Positions 1 through 10,344 of a stretch of DNA of 64,000 nucleotides are shown piece by piece. Source of the DNA: Nitrosopumilus sp. (GTDB lineage Archaea; Thermoproteota; Nitrososphaeria; Nitrososphaerales; Nitrosopumilaceae); NCBI GenBank assembly GCA_963667665.2, contig OY763927.2, positions 1,120,001 to 1,184,000 on the forward strand, written 5' to 3'. Made by a program: the position numbers and the translations under genes. The notes under the pieces are model-generated. The model had not been told where the DNA came from. It was given only the letters and a program-made list of their open reading frames with translations, and made no database searches. Every line of letters starts with the position of its first letter. The first letter of the stretch is position 1.

Positions 1-105
1 ATTGGAAAAGGCTTGTTTAAAGAAGTAGTAAGGATTCAACAAGTAAGAGACATTTATGGAATTAGAGCAGTAAACGAAATCAGAAATGATTTGAATATTT
101 CTTAA
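1..105 (+). CDS. 3' end of a gene entering from the left (partial; product uncertain)
   Basis: Frame 1 is open from base 1 to TAA at 103-105 (IGKGLFKEVVRIQQVRDIYGIRAVNEIRNDLNIS*) and overlaps the stop of the convergent gene by 4 nt. Confidence 0.6.
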   Translation: MGKGLFKEVVRIQQVRDIYGIRAVNEIRNDLNIS

Positions 106-2171
106 ACTCCTGTATCAATTTCTTTGAATTGTTCTTGTTTATTTTTTAATGCAGCAAAGATTGCCAAGATTGCGACAACCCAAATTACACTATACAGCAC
201 ATTTGGAGCACTAACATACATGTACGGAGTGGCATCCATAATGTTGATCCTTAACTGTAAAGCCCTATCACTAAGATCTATCATTCCTGTATGATATGCA
301 GAACTATCTTTTGGAACAGCTGAAATTTTCTCAACGCCTGTAAGCATAAAGTTCACATCATTTTGTATTCTAAGGAAGTTTGTAGAGTCTGTAGGAAACA
401 CCCAAACTGGATTTTTGGCAATAATTTCACCATTTTCATTTGTTGTTTCAAGTAAATTTGGATTTTCCATAACAATTTCTAAATCTGCGTGAATTGCCAC
501 CAAATGAGCACGGATTGCAGCAGGATCAGACGAACCAATAATTCCATCAAGATGTCCCCTCATCCTATCAAGAGGGTAGATGTCGGTGTTGTAACCACTA
601 ATTGCCATATATCCTCCAAAAACAATAATTCCAATTATTCCAATCATGGAAAGTTTGTAAACAATTTTTGCCATTTTTTCGTTCTTGGTCATTACATGAT
701 TATTACTTGATTTATTTCTTTTAAATCGCGTATGAGACAGGCTCATGTAAGCAATATAAAAAAATCCAACAGTTTGCAATCCAATGATTGGTACAAACAC
801 AGGGTTGTTTGAAAAAATTGAAATAAAAATTGCCATTATTCCATATACACCAAAAAATATCTCCAAGAGAGTAGTTTGGGAAAAAGGCAAATTGTATGAT
901 TTGTTTTTCCAATCATCATCTTTTGTTATGATTCCATATTTTGGAGTTCTAAGAAATTCATTTTTCTTTCCAAGTACTGCATCAAAGACTGCAACAGTGT
1001 TATTTACGGACAACCCAGCATTGTAGACTAACAAGAATGGTAGTATCTTTGCTTTTGATTTCCAAGACTTGTGATACATACTTTGTATAATCATGATGTA
1101 TGCACCTGGCCCCATTGCAAGATATGTTGCAAATGTAATAAGAGGAAGAAAACTAATCACGTAAAGATTAACTTGTCCTGCTAACAAAACTGGTAATGCC
1201 AAAAATTGTATCAGCATTAATGGATAAACAATATGACGAGTAAGTTGTATGAATGCTTGAATCTTTGCTTCAACTGCAACTTTACGTTTAACAGCAATAT
1301 CAAAAAGTAATTTTATTGCGCATTGAATAGAACCTTTTGCCCAACGGAATTGTTGTCTTTTTGCTGCATTCATTTGAGCAGGAAGTTCTGCATCAACTAC
1401 AATATCAGGCAAGAACACACATTTCCATCCTTTCATTTGTGCTCTATAACTAAGATCAAGGTCTTCAACTAGTGTAGCAGTATGCCAACCTCCAGCATCT
1501 TCAATGCAATCACGTTTCCAAATTCCAGCAGTACCATTGAAATTCATGAATAGGTGAGAATTACTTTTAGCTTTTTGTTCTATTAGAAAATGAAAGTCAA
1601 GACTGAGTGCTTGGACTTGAGTAATTGCAGAATAGTTTTCATTGACATGTCCCCAACGACATTGAAGAAGACCAATATTTGGTTTTGAAAAGTAAGGAAT
1701 TGCGCGTTTTAGAAACCATGTAGGAGGAATAAAGTCAGCATCAAAGATTGCAACAAACTCTGAATCTGTTATCTGCATGGCGTATTTCAATGCGCCTGCT
1801 TTGTACCCTTTTCTGGTTCCACGTCTTATATGATCAATTTGAAATCCTTGTTTCTTGTAATCAGAAACTACATTTTCAAGTAATTCAACTGTATCATCAT
1901 CAGAGTCATCTAACACCATTATTTTCAGTTTCTTTTTTGGATAATCCAAATTACATACTGCATCTACGAGTCTCTTTGCAACATATTTTTCGTTGTATAT
2001 TGGAAGTTGAATTGTAACTGACGGGGTACCTAAATCAACAGTAGGCAAAACATCTTTTCTTTTTCGAGAAAGAAAAGCCAGATAGTAAAAATTGCAAGTA
2101 TATGCAGTAATTATGATAGCTGATAAAATAAACAGATCAAAAACAAGCTGAGTGAAAGGATTGATTGGCAT
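102..2171 (-). CDS. Processive family 2 glycosyltransferase (cellulose/mannan synthase-like) with multiple TM segments and an extra C-terminal domain
   Basis: D,D,D,QxxRW motifs: DDSDD, FDADF, VEDLD, QQFRW; KAGAL; hydrophobic helices. Confidence 0.9.
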   Translation of the reverse strand: MPINPFTQLVFDLFILSAIIITAYTCNFYYLAFLSRKRKDVLPTVDLGTPSVTIQLPIYNEKYVAKRLVDAVCNLDYPKKKLKIMVLDDSDDDTVELLENVVSDYKKQGFQIDHIRRGTRKGYKAGALKYAMQITDSEFVAIFDADFIPPTWFLKRAIPYFSKPNIGLLQCRWGHVNENYSAITQVQALSLDFHFLIEQKAKSNSHLFMNFNGTAGIWKRDCIEDAGGWHTATLVEDLDLSYRAQMKGWKCVFLPDIVVDAELPAQMNAAKRQQFRWAKGSIQCAIKLLFDIAVKRKVAVEAKIQAFIQLTRHIVYPLMLIQFLALPVLLAGQVNLYVISFLPLITFATYLAMGPGAYIMIIQSMYHKSWKSKAKILPFLLVYNAGLSVNNTVAVFDAVLGKKNEFLRTPKYGIITKDDDWKNKSYNLPFSQTTLLEIFFGVYGIMAIFISIFSNNPVFVPIIGLQTVGFFYIAYMSLSHTRFKRNKSSNNHVMTKNEKMAKIVYKLSMIGIIGIIVFGGYMAISGYNTDIYPLDRMRGHLDGIIGSSDPAAIRAHLVAIHADLEIVMENPNLLETTNENGEIIAKNPVWVFPTDSTNFLRIQNDVNFMLTGVEKISAVPKDSSAYHTGMIDLSDRALQLRINIMDATPYMYVSAPNVLYSVIWVVAILAIFAALKNKQEQFKEIDTGV

Positions 2172-2225
2172 ATCCCTAATTTCTCAGATTCATTATTCTC
2201 TATTTATACTTGCAAAAAATTATAA

Positions 2226-3170
2226 TTATTTCAACTCAAAGATTTTGATTGCTTGTGGTGGGCAAACACCTTCACATGCTAGACAAAATATACAATCGGG
2301 TTCTTTTGACATTAACGGTTTCTGCTCTGATGCAGGATTTCCCGGAGTATCAAACCACTCATAAACATCTACAGGACATGCTTCAATACATCCACCATCT
2401 GCAATACAGATATCATAATCTACTGAAACAAATTCGCCCCAAACTCCCATAATTCCATTACTTGTACCTTTTCGTCCCCAAGTTTTGATTGAATATCCAG
2501 CTGCATCATATACTGCAGATTGTTTCATTTTGGATTTGTATTCAACATCAATTGGACCAGGTTTAGCGCCATCTGGAATTTCCATTTCCCCTTCATCTTC
2601 TTCACCTTCTTCTATTACTTCAACTGCTTTGGCTTTTGCACCAAGAACGATTTTTGCCAAAGGAGTAAGTTCTTCAAGTTTTTGAATAGCTGCAATCTCT
2701 GAGATCTTTTCTTTTTTTACATAATAAGAAATCATCTTGTCAGACAAGATAGTGTTTCGCAAAATAGTATCAATTACCATTTTTGCAAAATGGTCTGCTT
2801 TCTTTCTATAATCTAAAACCCAATTAGGATCACCAAATTTTTCAATTGGAAAAATTTGATAAATAATATCAACTACTACACCAGTTACAATTTCAACTGT
2901 AATAGATAATTCAACTTCGCGGTATCCTTTTGCTTCTGGATCTTTCATGTTTTGTTCTTTCCAGCGATATGTTGCAAAAATTCTGTCAGCATACATATCC
3001 ATTTCAAATGTCTTTTTGAGTCCATCATGAATTGATTTTATTTCTGCTGGATCTTCAAGTGTAATTGGTAGTCTGTAAAGTCCAATTTTGTAACCATGTA
3101 ATGGATAAACACCACGTTTTGCAGTTGGAGCCTCCATGGACCAAACTCGATCTTTTAAGAGTAAAGACAT
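2226..3170 (-). CDS. Ferredoxin-domain protein (unknown N-terminal domain plus C-terminal dicluster ferredoxin)
   Basis: CIADGGCIEACP and CIFCLACEGVCP motifs. Confidence 0.85.
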   Translation of the reverse strand: MSLLLKDRVWSMEAPTAKRGVYPLHGYKIGLYRLPITLEDPAEIKSIHDGLKKTFEMDMYADRIFATYRWKEQNMKDPEAKGYREVELSITVEIVTGVVVDIIYQIFPIEKFGDPNWVLDYRKKADHFAKMVIDTILRNTILSDKMISYYVKKEKISEIAAIQKLEELTPLAKIVLGAKAKAVEVIEEGEEDEGEMEIPDGAKPGPIDVEYKSKMKQSAVYDAAGYSIKTWGRKGTSNGIMGVWGEFVSVDYDICIADGGCIEACPVDVYEWFDTPGNPASEQKPLMSKEPDCIFCLACEGVCPPQAIKIFELK

Positions 3171-3207
3171 CTAATTTTTTAAGCACAAATTAATTTAAAA
3201 ATGTTTG

Positions 3208-3519
3208 TCAGTTATCATCATCTGGACACGTAAGTTCTCGTAGTTCAGTGTATTTTTTGTCCAGTGCCTCTGCATACACCACAACCTGTGATAAATCAAA
3301 AGAATTCTTGGAAAAATACCATCTAATAGGAACCCAATGTCCAATTCCATCCATATCATGAATCATTCCCTTATCAGCTTTGACGTGTAGTTTTTCATCT
3401 ATAGATGTCTCTTTTACAGTAAGTCCTCTCTTGGTGTTATCTTCTAAAATAAGATCTGTGTCACCATCTTTGATAAAATAGAAAAAACCTTTCTTTAGAA
3501 CAGGAAGGTCTAAAAGCAA
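3208..3519 (-). CDS. Hypothetical protein, co-oriented with the sulfurtransferase
   Basis: 103-aa ORF with TTG start 1 nt after the upstream stop. Confidence 0.7.
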   Translation of the reverse strand: MLLDLPVLKKGFFYFIKDGDTDLILEDNTKRGLTVKETSIDEKLHVKADKGMIHDMDGIGHWVPIRWYFSKNSFDLSQVVVYAEALDKKYTELRELTCPDDDN

Positions 3520-3520
3520 T

Positions 3521-4366
3521 TTATTTTTCCACAGGATTTCCGATCATGTTGCCCCATTCAGTCCAAGAACCATCATAGTTTCGAACCTTGGAATAGCCGA
3601 GTAGATATTTTAAAACAAACCAACTATGTGATGATCTTTCCCCAATTCTACAATAGCATATTACATCTTTGTCTGAAGTAATACCTTTTGGTTCATAATT
3701 TTGTTTCAAGTCTTCAACTGCTTTGAATGTTCCATCAGCATCATTAACTGCAGTTGCCCATGGAATATTATTTGCACCAGGAATATGTCCACCTCTTTGT
3801 GCATGTTCCATTGGATATTCCGGAGGAGCAGTAATTTCGCCAGAGAATTCAGCAGGTGATCTAACATCAACCATCACACTATCTTCTCTTCCCATTGCTC
3901 TACTAACATCAGATAAATAAGCACGTAATCCTTCATCTGGAGGTTGTGCATTGTATGTTGTAGATGTCATTTGTGGTTCATCTGTAGTGTAATCTTTGTT
4001 TTCTAATTCCCATTTTTTTCTTCCGCCGTTCATAATCTTTAGATTTTCATGTCCATAATATTTGAAAACCCAGAAAACAAATGCTGCAAACCAATTGTTA
4101 AAGTCACCATAAAGAATTACTTCAGTGTCAGAAGTGATTCCATTTTTTGACATTAATGCTTCAAATTGTTTTTTACTAATTATATCTCGAGTAACAGGAT
4201 CATTAATGTCACGTTTCCACCAAATAAGGCTCGCACCATTAATGTGACCTTTCTCATATCCATTTACTGGATCATAATCAACTTCTACTAATTTCCTATT
4301 GTTGTTAGGAGGATTTTTAGATACCCAGTCAGTATCTACTAAAACTTCAGGATGTGCGTAACTCAT
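3521..4366 (-). CDS. Tandem-domain rhodanese / thiosulfate sulfurtransferase
   Basis: GHINGA and GHIPGA, active-site loop YCRIGERS, C-terminal YDGSWTEW signature. Confidence 0.95.
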   Translation of the reverse strand: MSYAHPEVLVDTDWVSKNPPNNNRKLVEVDYDPVNGYEKGHINGASLIWWKRDINDPVTRDIISKKQFEALMSKNGITSDTEVILYGDFNNWFAAFVFWVFKYYGHENLKIMNGGRKKWELENKDYTTDEPQMTSTTYNAQPPDEGLRAYLSDVSRAMGREDSVMVDVRSPAEFSGEITAPPEYPMEHAQRGGHIPGANNIPWATAVNDADGTFKAVEDLKQNYEPKGITSDKDVICYCRIGERSSHSWFVLKYLLGYSKVRNYDGSWTEWGNMIGNPVEK

Positions 4367-4454
4367 ACCTTAGACAAATTTGTTTGCATACTTAATTGTT
4401 TTTCAAATGCAGTAAAAATATCATTTTTATGTAAATAGAATTCAGAAGAACTGC

Positions 4455-5270
4455 TTGAAACTTCAAAAAGTTGCAGTAGTAAGTAAAGTAGGTTCTAAAG
4501 ATTCAGAGCAAGCTGGAAAAGATGTTGTAAAAAAACTATTAGCAAAAAAAGCTACAGTCTATACAATTTCCCCAATTGAAGTAAAGGGTGCAAAAAAAAT
4601 TGAAACATTAGAGGAATTAAAAAAAGTGAAACTAGACCTTGTAATTACTCTTGGAGGAGATGGAACAACTCTTCGAGTTTTTAGAAACCTACAGAATGAA
4701 ACACCAATTCTAACTATCAACGTAGGTGGAAATAGAGGAATTTTATCAGAAATAACATTTGAAGAATTTAATGATGCAATTGATCAAATTTTAAAAGGCA
4801 AGTTCTTCTTGGACAAAAGAATCAGAGTAGTTGCATCTTGTGGAGGAAAAGAATTCCCACCAGCACTAAATGAGATCTACATTAGTAGAACAAACTTGAC
4901 TAAAACTGCGGAAATTGAAGTGAAATTTCAAAATGACACTGTAAAACAAAAAATGGATGGAGTAATTGTTGCAACACCTAGTGGATCTACGGGTCATTCA
5001 TTTTCTTTAGGAGGTCCAATTTTGCATGAAAGCTTGGATGTTCTAATTATTACTCCAGTTGCACCAGTATACAGATTAGAATCAATTGTAGTTCCAGATG
5101 AGAAAATCGAGATTGTGTGTTCTCACGATTGTAATATCGTAATGGATGCACAAGTGGTTAAAGCTGCAGGATATGGAGAACCAATAATTATTAAAAAATA
5201 CAAAAAAACAGCAGTCTTTGTAAGATTGAAAAAACGAGGACTGAGACAAATGAGTAAGCTTGGATTTTAG
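4455..5270 (+). CDS. nadK: NAD(+) kinase
   Basis: GGDGT, LNE and TPSGSTGHSFSLGG motifs. Confidence 0.9.
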   Translation: MKLQKVAVVSKVGSKDSEQAGKDVVKKLLAKKATVYTISPIEVKGAKKIETLEELKKVKLDLVITLGGDGTTLRVFRNLQNETPILTINVGGNRGILSEITFEEFNDAIDQILKGKFFLDKRIRVVASCGGKEFPPALNEIYISRTNLTKTAEIEVKFQNDTVKQKMDGVIVATPSGSTGHSFSLGGPILHESLDVLIITPVAPVYRLESIVVPDEKIEIVCSHDCNIVMDAQVVKAAGYGEPIIIKKYKKTAVFVRLKKRGLRQMSKLGF

Positions 5271-5736
5271 AATTTTAGATGCTAGTGCATTTTATGCAGG
5301 AGTTCCATTTAGATCATCTAGTGTTTACCATACAACATCTCTTGTTTATGATGAAATTAGGCACATAAAGAAAAATCACGGTGCTCTTGAAATTTTACTT
5401 GAAACTAAAAGACTGAAAATCAGAGAACCAGATAAAGAATCAACAGAAGTTGCAGTAAAGGCTGCAAAAGACACTGGAGATTTCCCACAGTTAACAAAAC
5501 AAGATATTTCCATCATTGCGTTATGTATTGAAATGAGTGGTGAAATAATTAGTGATGATTTTGCAATTTCAAATGTAGTAAAGAATCTAGGTTTAAAAAT
5601 ATCACCAATAATGACTCAAGGAATTAAAGATGTAGGGAAATGGATTCATTATTGTCCAGGATGTAAAACTAACCATACTAATGTTAAAGAGTGTCCAATA
5701 TGTGGAACACCATTGAAAAGAAAACTACTCAAGTGA
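5260..5736 (+). CDS. nob1: Nob1-family PIN endonuclease with Zn ribbon
   Basis: ILDASAF, TGD...D, SDDFAI, CPGC...CPICG. Confidence 0.85.
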   Translation: MDFRILDASAFYAGVPFRSSSVYHTTSLVYDEIRHIKKNHGALEILLETKRLKIREPDKESTEVAVKAAKDTGDFPQLTKQDISIIALCIEMSGEIISDDFAISNVVKNLGLKISPIMTQGIKDVGKWIHYCPGCKTNHTNVKECPICGTPLKRKLLK

Positions 5737-5739
5737 CAA

Positions 5740-6426
5740 TCATGCATCATGTAAAGTTTTTTGGTTGGACTTTTTGAGAAATTTACTTTTAGATTCTAAT
5801 ATTTTTTTGATTTTCTTTGCTCGTGCTTCACCCAGTCCTTCAACTTTTGCTAATTCAATAGCAGTAGCTGTGAACACTTTGAATGGAGTTCCAAATTTTT
5901 CAAGCATCCTAACTGCAAATTTTTCTCCTATTCCAGGTAAACTACAAAGAACAGATAGTTGTTGTTTTTGTAAATCAGAAGATTTTTTAATTTTTTTTAA
6001 ATAAGGACCGTTAGGAGCATCTTTTCTTGAACACATTGAGACCAATAATTTTGCTGTATGAGTTGCATTAGGAGTAGGAATTATTGGAATTTTAAAATCA
6101 ATGGCAACAGTAGAAAGAGCACCATAAAATATCAGCGGATTATCAGTGATGTCCTCAATTTCATCAACATTTCCTTCTACGAGTATTATAGGAAATGCAA
6201 AATGTTCTTTGAGTCTAGAACACTGATCAAAGAGTCGCCCATCAAAAACTGATGACATTAAATCGCGAATACTCTTTCTTTCTACAACTGTTTCTGGTGC
6301 AACAATATAATCACCGATAGGAAGTGTCTTCATCTCAACGTTCAACCCAACTGACTTGAGAAGTTCAGGAATTCCACTTTTCCGTTCTCGTTCATCTACA
6401 ATAATTCGAAGATTTTCTAATTTCAT
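5740..6426 (-). CDS. xpf: XPF/ERCC4 nuclease with HhH domains (short form)
   Basis: VDERE, GDY...VERKS..DL, LPGIG and VEGLG hairpins. Confidence 0.9.
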   Translation of the reverse strand: MKLENLRIIVDERERKSGIPELLKSVGLNVEMKTLPIGDYIVAPETVVERKSIRDLMSSVFDGRLFDQCSRLKEHFAFPIILVEGNVDEIEDITDNPLIFYGALSTVAIDFKIPIIPTPNATHTAKLLVSMCSRKDAPNGPYLKKIKKSSDLQKQQLSVLCSLPGIGEKFAVRMLEKFGTPFKVFTATAIELAKVEGLGEARAKKIKKILESKSKFLKKSNQKTLHDA

Positions 6427-6479
6427 CTAGAATACTTTTACAGATTTATCAATATCTTATTTAAAATCAGTGTATAAGA

Positions 6480-6869
6480 TTATTTTCTAGGATTATCTTC
6501 TGCTGGTGGAGAACTTTTAGAACTAGATTTCATCATTTCAGTAATTTTTGATTCTTGTTCTTTAAGAGATTCTTTGACACGAGTTTCTTGTTTTTCAAGA
6601 ACAGTCACACGTGTTTTTGCCATCTCTTGTTTTTCTTCTAATTCATCAATTAGTTCTTTTTTTGTTGATTTAATTAAAACAGTACCTGCATGTTTGAATA
6701 CAGTATCACCATCTGCAACTTTCTTTAATTCTTCAAGAGCTTTTGCTGTTTCTGCGTTTTCCATTTCAAGATGTTGTTTTTGAGTCATAATTGATTGGAG
6801 ATTTTGTTGGGATTGTTGTAATTTCATAATTTGTTCTTGAAGCCATGGTGGCATTTGTGGCGATGACAT
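6480..6869 (-). CDS. pfdB: Prefoldin beta subunit
   Basis: Coiled coils flanking the VFKHAGTVLIK hairpin; position in the exosome cluster. Confidence 0.9.
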   Translation of the reverse strand: MSSPQMPPWLQEQIMKLQQSQQNLQSIMTQKQHLEMENAETAKALEELKKVADGDTVFKHAGTVLIKSTKKELIDELEEKQEMAKTRVTVLEKQETRVKESLKEQESKITEMMKSSSKSSPPAEDNPRK

Positions 6870-6892
6870 ATTCATTCAAAAAATTTGTTTCA

Positions 6893-7138
6893 TTATATCT
6901 TTACCGATTCAATTGAATCGTGGCTAACTTGAATTAGTCTAAGTGTAGAATTAAGATTGGCTCTTAAATGAGGTAAATGTTCAGATTCAACAAAAATGCT
7001 TAACTCTTCATCAAATGTTATCTCAGTCTTTACAGGATTTTCAGGATAAAATTCGTTGTCAGTATTTACAGAATCATAAATTGCTTTTGTTTTGTCGTTT
7101 GCATTAATAGTGATTTTTGCACTAAAGTTTAATGTCAT
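6893..7138 (-). CDS. pcc1: KEOPS complex Pcc1-like subunit
   Basis: LRANLNSTLRLI motif; canonical position between L37Ae and prefoldin beta. Confidence 0.8.
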   Translation of the reverse strand: MTLNFSAKITINANDKTKAIYDSVNTDNEFYPENPVKTEITFDEELSIFVESEHLPHLRANLNSTLRLIQVSHDSIESVKI

Positions 7139-7334
7139 ATGCAGTTCCAGCTACTTTAAAGCTGCATTTTTTACAAGACCAAATTCCCACAGCATCTCGA
7201 CCAAATGTTGTTGAGGCGCATTCAGGGCAGTTTCTCTTTTCTTTTAATTGAAAATGGATTTTTGTATATTGTTTCCTAAGTTTAATTCCATATCTTGCAC
7301 CTAATCCTTTAAGAGATTTTTTTGCTTTTGCCAT
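7122..7334 (-). CDS. rpl37ae: 50S ribosomal protein L37Ae (eL43)
   Basis: GARYGIKLRK, CPEC...GIWSCKKC. Confidence 0.95.
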   Translation of the reverse strand: MAKAKKSLKGLGARYGIKLRKQYTKIHFQLKEKRNCPECASTTFGRDAVGIWSCKKCSFKVAGTAYDIKL

Positions 7335-7335
7335 T

Positions 7336-8154
7336 TTATTGAGCTCCCTGTTGAGCTTCTTTTAATTTTTCTCTGATTTTTGCACCTACTCTAACAGAAA
7401 GTTCTCCACATTGAACAATTTCGTCTTGTGTGAATCCATCACTACCACCTTTCTGCAAGGCACAAATATTTTCATCAGAATTGGTTGTAATTGTAATTCT
7501 TGCATCCATGCTAGCCCATTCATCTCCATTTGGATCAACAACAATATGATTTCCAATCTTTGCCATAGTTACAGATACTGGAATTGTTGCAGTTGGTAAT
7601 GGAGTTGCTTCCGCATCAACAAGTGTTGGTTTATCATTTTCCATAACCCATTTTGGGGTTTTAGATGTAAGTAGTGCAGCAGTAGCAGCATAAGAGCATG
7701 CATCAAAGAGATTGCCATCATAATCAATAACTACAATATCAGCAAATACACCAACTACTGACTTGTCTTTTTCAATAACTAGTTGTGACACATCAATCAT
7801 ATGACTTTCTCTAATTCCCCTATCAGTAACTCGTGCCAATTCAATTACATGAGGTTGTGGTGGCCCAGTTTCAACAGTAGGATGTGAAAGTGGTAAAAGT
7901 TCAGCAGTACAAATGAAAATACCTTTGTCACCCATATCTGGAAAAGGTCTATCGGGTTGGATTTTTACTCCACATAAAACTTCGGTGTCACCTAGAAATA
8001 CTCTTGCCGAACCATTTGCTTTAGGAACAGCGTTAATTTCAATTGATATTTCTCTTGGTTCATCTAGTGCTCGTCCGTCTATTCTTTTTCCTTGTTCTAG
8101 TAATTCAAGAATTTGTGACCTTTTTAATTCGTCAATTACAGTACGTGATGCCAT
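7336..8154 (-). CDS. rrp42: Exosome subunit Rrp42
   Basis: RNase PH fold: RIDGR, ANGSARV.LGDT, DYDGNLFDA. Confidence 0.95.
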   Translation of the reverse strand: MASRTVIDELKRSQILELLEQGKRIDGRALDEPREISIEINAVPKANGSARVFLGDTEVLCGVKIQPDRPFPDMGDKGIFICTAELLPLSHPTVETGPPQPHVIELARVTDRGIRESHMIDVSQLVIEKDKSVVGVFADIVVIDYDGNLFDACSYAATAALLTSKTPKWVMENDKPTLVDAEATPLPTATIPVSVTMAKIGNHIVVDPNGDEWASMDARITITTNSDENICALQKGGSDGFTQDEIVQCGELSVRVGAKIREKLKEAQQGAQ

Positions 8155-8156
8155 TT

Positions 8157-8891
8157 CTAGTCTTTTCCTGATCCAAAGTATTTGTCATTGAGTGCTTTCT
8201 TTTGTACTTCATAAACAATTTTGCAACCTTTAACTCCAACGTCTACACATTTTTTATATTCTTCAGTAGTTAGAACTCCATCTAATTGTAATAACGTAAT
8301 TTTTTCAAGACTTGGCATATAACCAATTGGCATATCTGCTTGACCTGCTTGGTCTTCTTCATTGTTAACATCAAGAACTATAGTATCAGCTACTTTACCT
8401 GAAGCACATGCTGCAACCATATCCCTCATTGGAATTCCTGCATCTGCTAATGCAACAGAGGCTGCAGAAAGTGCTGCACATCTAGTACCACCATCGGCTT
8501 GTAAGACTTCAATAAATACATCAACTGCTGTTCTTGGAAATTTTTCCAACATTACTGCAGGTTCTAGTGCCTCTTTGATTACTTTGGAAATTTCAATCTC
8601 TCTTCTTGAAGGAGCAGGATTTTTTCTGTCACTAACAGAGAATGGTTCCATATGATATCTAACTCGTAAAATTCCTGTATCAGTATCTGACATGTGTTTT
8701 GGATGAACATCTCTTGGACCAAAAATACCAACTAGTATTTTATTATCACCAAATTCAATGTAAGCAGAACCGTCTGCATTTTTTAGTCCACCAGCTCTAA
8801 TCGTTATTTTTCTTGTTTCATCAATTTTTCGTCCATCACAACGAATTCCATTTTCGTCCAATAGGACCATTGTTGCATCTCGTCCACCCAT
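8157..8891 (-). CDS. rrp41: Exosome subunit Rrp41
   Basis: ADGSAYIEFG, RREIEISKVI, QADGGTR. Confidence 0.95.
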   Translation of the reverse strand: MGGRDATMVLLDENGIRCDGRKIDETRKITIRAGGLKNADGSAYIEFGDNKILVGIFGPRDVHPKHMSDTDTGILRVRYHMEPFSVSDRKNPAPSRREIEISKVIKEALEPAVMLEKFPRTAVDVFIEVLQADGGTRCAALSAASVALADAGIPMRDMVAACASGKVADTIVLDVNNEEDQAGQADMPIGYMPSLEKITLLQLDGVLTTEEYKKCVDVGVKGCKIVYEVQKKALNDKYFGSGKD

Positions 8892-9571
8892 TATGATTCA
8901 CCTTTTGATTCTAACATTTCTTTCACTTGATCAATCAAATTAGCAATATGTGCTTTCTCATCTACCATTTCAATGGCTTTTTTTGCCTTTAATAATCCCT
9001 CGGGAGACTCACATGAAACCACTACCCATCCATTTTGACCAATTGTAATTGCAGCATTAGTAGCCATCTCTATAGTCTGGATCATTGTTCCTCGTTTTCC
9101 AATTAAGCGTGGAACCTTACTTGGGGAGATTTCAACTAATGCCCCAGAGTCTATTTTACCTAAATCTCTATCAGAAATTGTTACAAGGGGATCTCTTGTT
9201 CTATCAAAATTAGCAATTCTTGCAGCAACAAGATCTCCTGCTTTAAGTTTTGATGTAAGTTCATCAGCATGAGCAGAAAAGTCTCTTCCAAAGACATCTT
9301 GTGCTGGTAAAAAGCCAACATAACATGAATTGATATCTAATTCCCATGACAATGATGTATGAGAAAGGACTTTGCCAATAACAAGATCATTAATTTTTGG
9401 AATATATTTTCCAGTTAAGGAAATCACTCTAACAGAATCATCATAAATTTCAGAAATACCAACAGTTGTAGAAATTATCTTATTTCCATCAAGTATTACA
9501 TTTTGTTCAGGTCTAAAGGGTCCTGAAGTTACTACATCGCCTGGAATAACATATTTTCTCTTATTTTCCAT
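8891..9571 (-). CDS. rrp4: Exosome RNA-binding subunit Rrp4
   Basis: S1 and KH domains (KVPRLIGKRG, IGQNG). Confidence 0.95.
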   Translation of the reverse strand: MENKRKYVIPGDVVTSGPFRPEQNVILDGNKIISTTVGISEIYDDSVRVISLTGKYIPKINDLVIGKVLSHTSLSWELDINSCYVGFLPAQDVFGRDFSAHADELTSKLKAGDLVAARIANFDRTRDPLVTISDRDLGKIDSGALVEISPSKVPRLIGKRGTMIQTIEMATNAAITIGQNGWVVVSCESPEGLLKAKKAIEMVDEKAHIANLIDQVKEMLESKGES

Positions 9572-10257
9572 TACTTCATAACCTCAACTGTAGCAGAGCC
9601 TTTGGTTATAGAGCCTAATCTATCTATCACGTTTGGCCTTGCTGCAGCAGGTATTTCAAGTATTGCTTTTAGAGAACCATTATTTTGCCATTCTTCATTT
9701 TTTAAAGTACCTACAGATTTTAGAACAGAATATGATTGAGATGCATATTGTGCAGGGACTATAATTTCTAATTGCAAATTTTCAGATTTTAGGGCAATTA
9801 TGGAACGCAAGTTTTCAACAATATCTTTTACTTGTTCATCTACACTTTTTTGAGGATCGACTGAAACTCTGCCATCTTTCATAGCTTGCTCAATTCTCAA
9901 TGGAGGGTGAGGTAAGTGAGTTTTAGGATCTACGTAGGTCTTGGCAATATATTCAACAATACGTTTTTTCTTTTCATCAATCATTTTTCGTCTTTGATCA
10001 GTTGTAAGATTCAGATCACCTTTCTCAAGTATTATCTGAGCAATTTCAGTCAGGTCTTCAGTTTTGAAGGCCTTTAGTAATTTTTCATTTGTTGGTTTTG
10101 TTCCTTTTCCTGAGTCAGTGTAAATGTCCTCTGAAACCAAAACTGCAGAAATATCCTTTTTCTTGCCTAGTTTGTAATCCAATGCAGGATCAGGCTTTAC
10201 CAAAATCTCAAATTTTTCGCCTTCATAGGAATACCTTGCTACTGTGACATCAACCAT
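9571..10257 (-). CDS. Ribosome maturation factor SBDS/Sdo1
   Basis: GEKFEILV, DPKTHLPHPPLRIE. Confidence 0.95.
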   Translation of the reverse strand: MVDVTVARYSYEGEKFEILVKPDPALDYKLGKKKDISAVLVSEDIYTDSGKGTKPTNEKLLKAFKTEDLTEIAQIILEKGDLNLTTDQRRKMIDEKKKRIVEYIAKTYVDPKTHLPHPPLRIEQAMKDGRVSVDPQKSVDEQVKDIVENLRSIIALKSENLQLEIIVPAQYASQSYSVLKSVGTLKNEEWQNNGSLKAILEIPAAARPNVIDRLGSITKGSATVEVMK

Positions 10258-10344
10258 TTCTGAAATTTGTATGGTAATTTGGTATTTATCTATACGTAAA
10301 ACTAGCTAGATTCTTATGGGGACTTTGAAGATTTTCTTCAAGAT

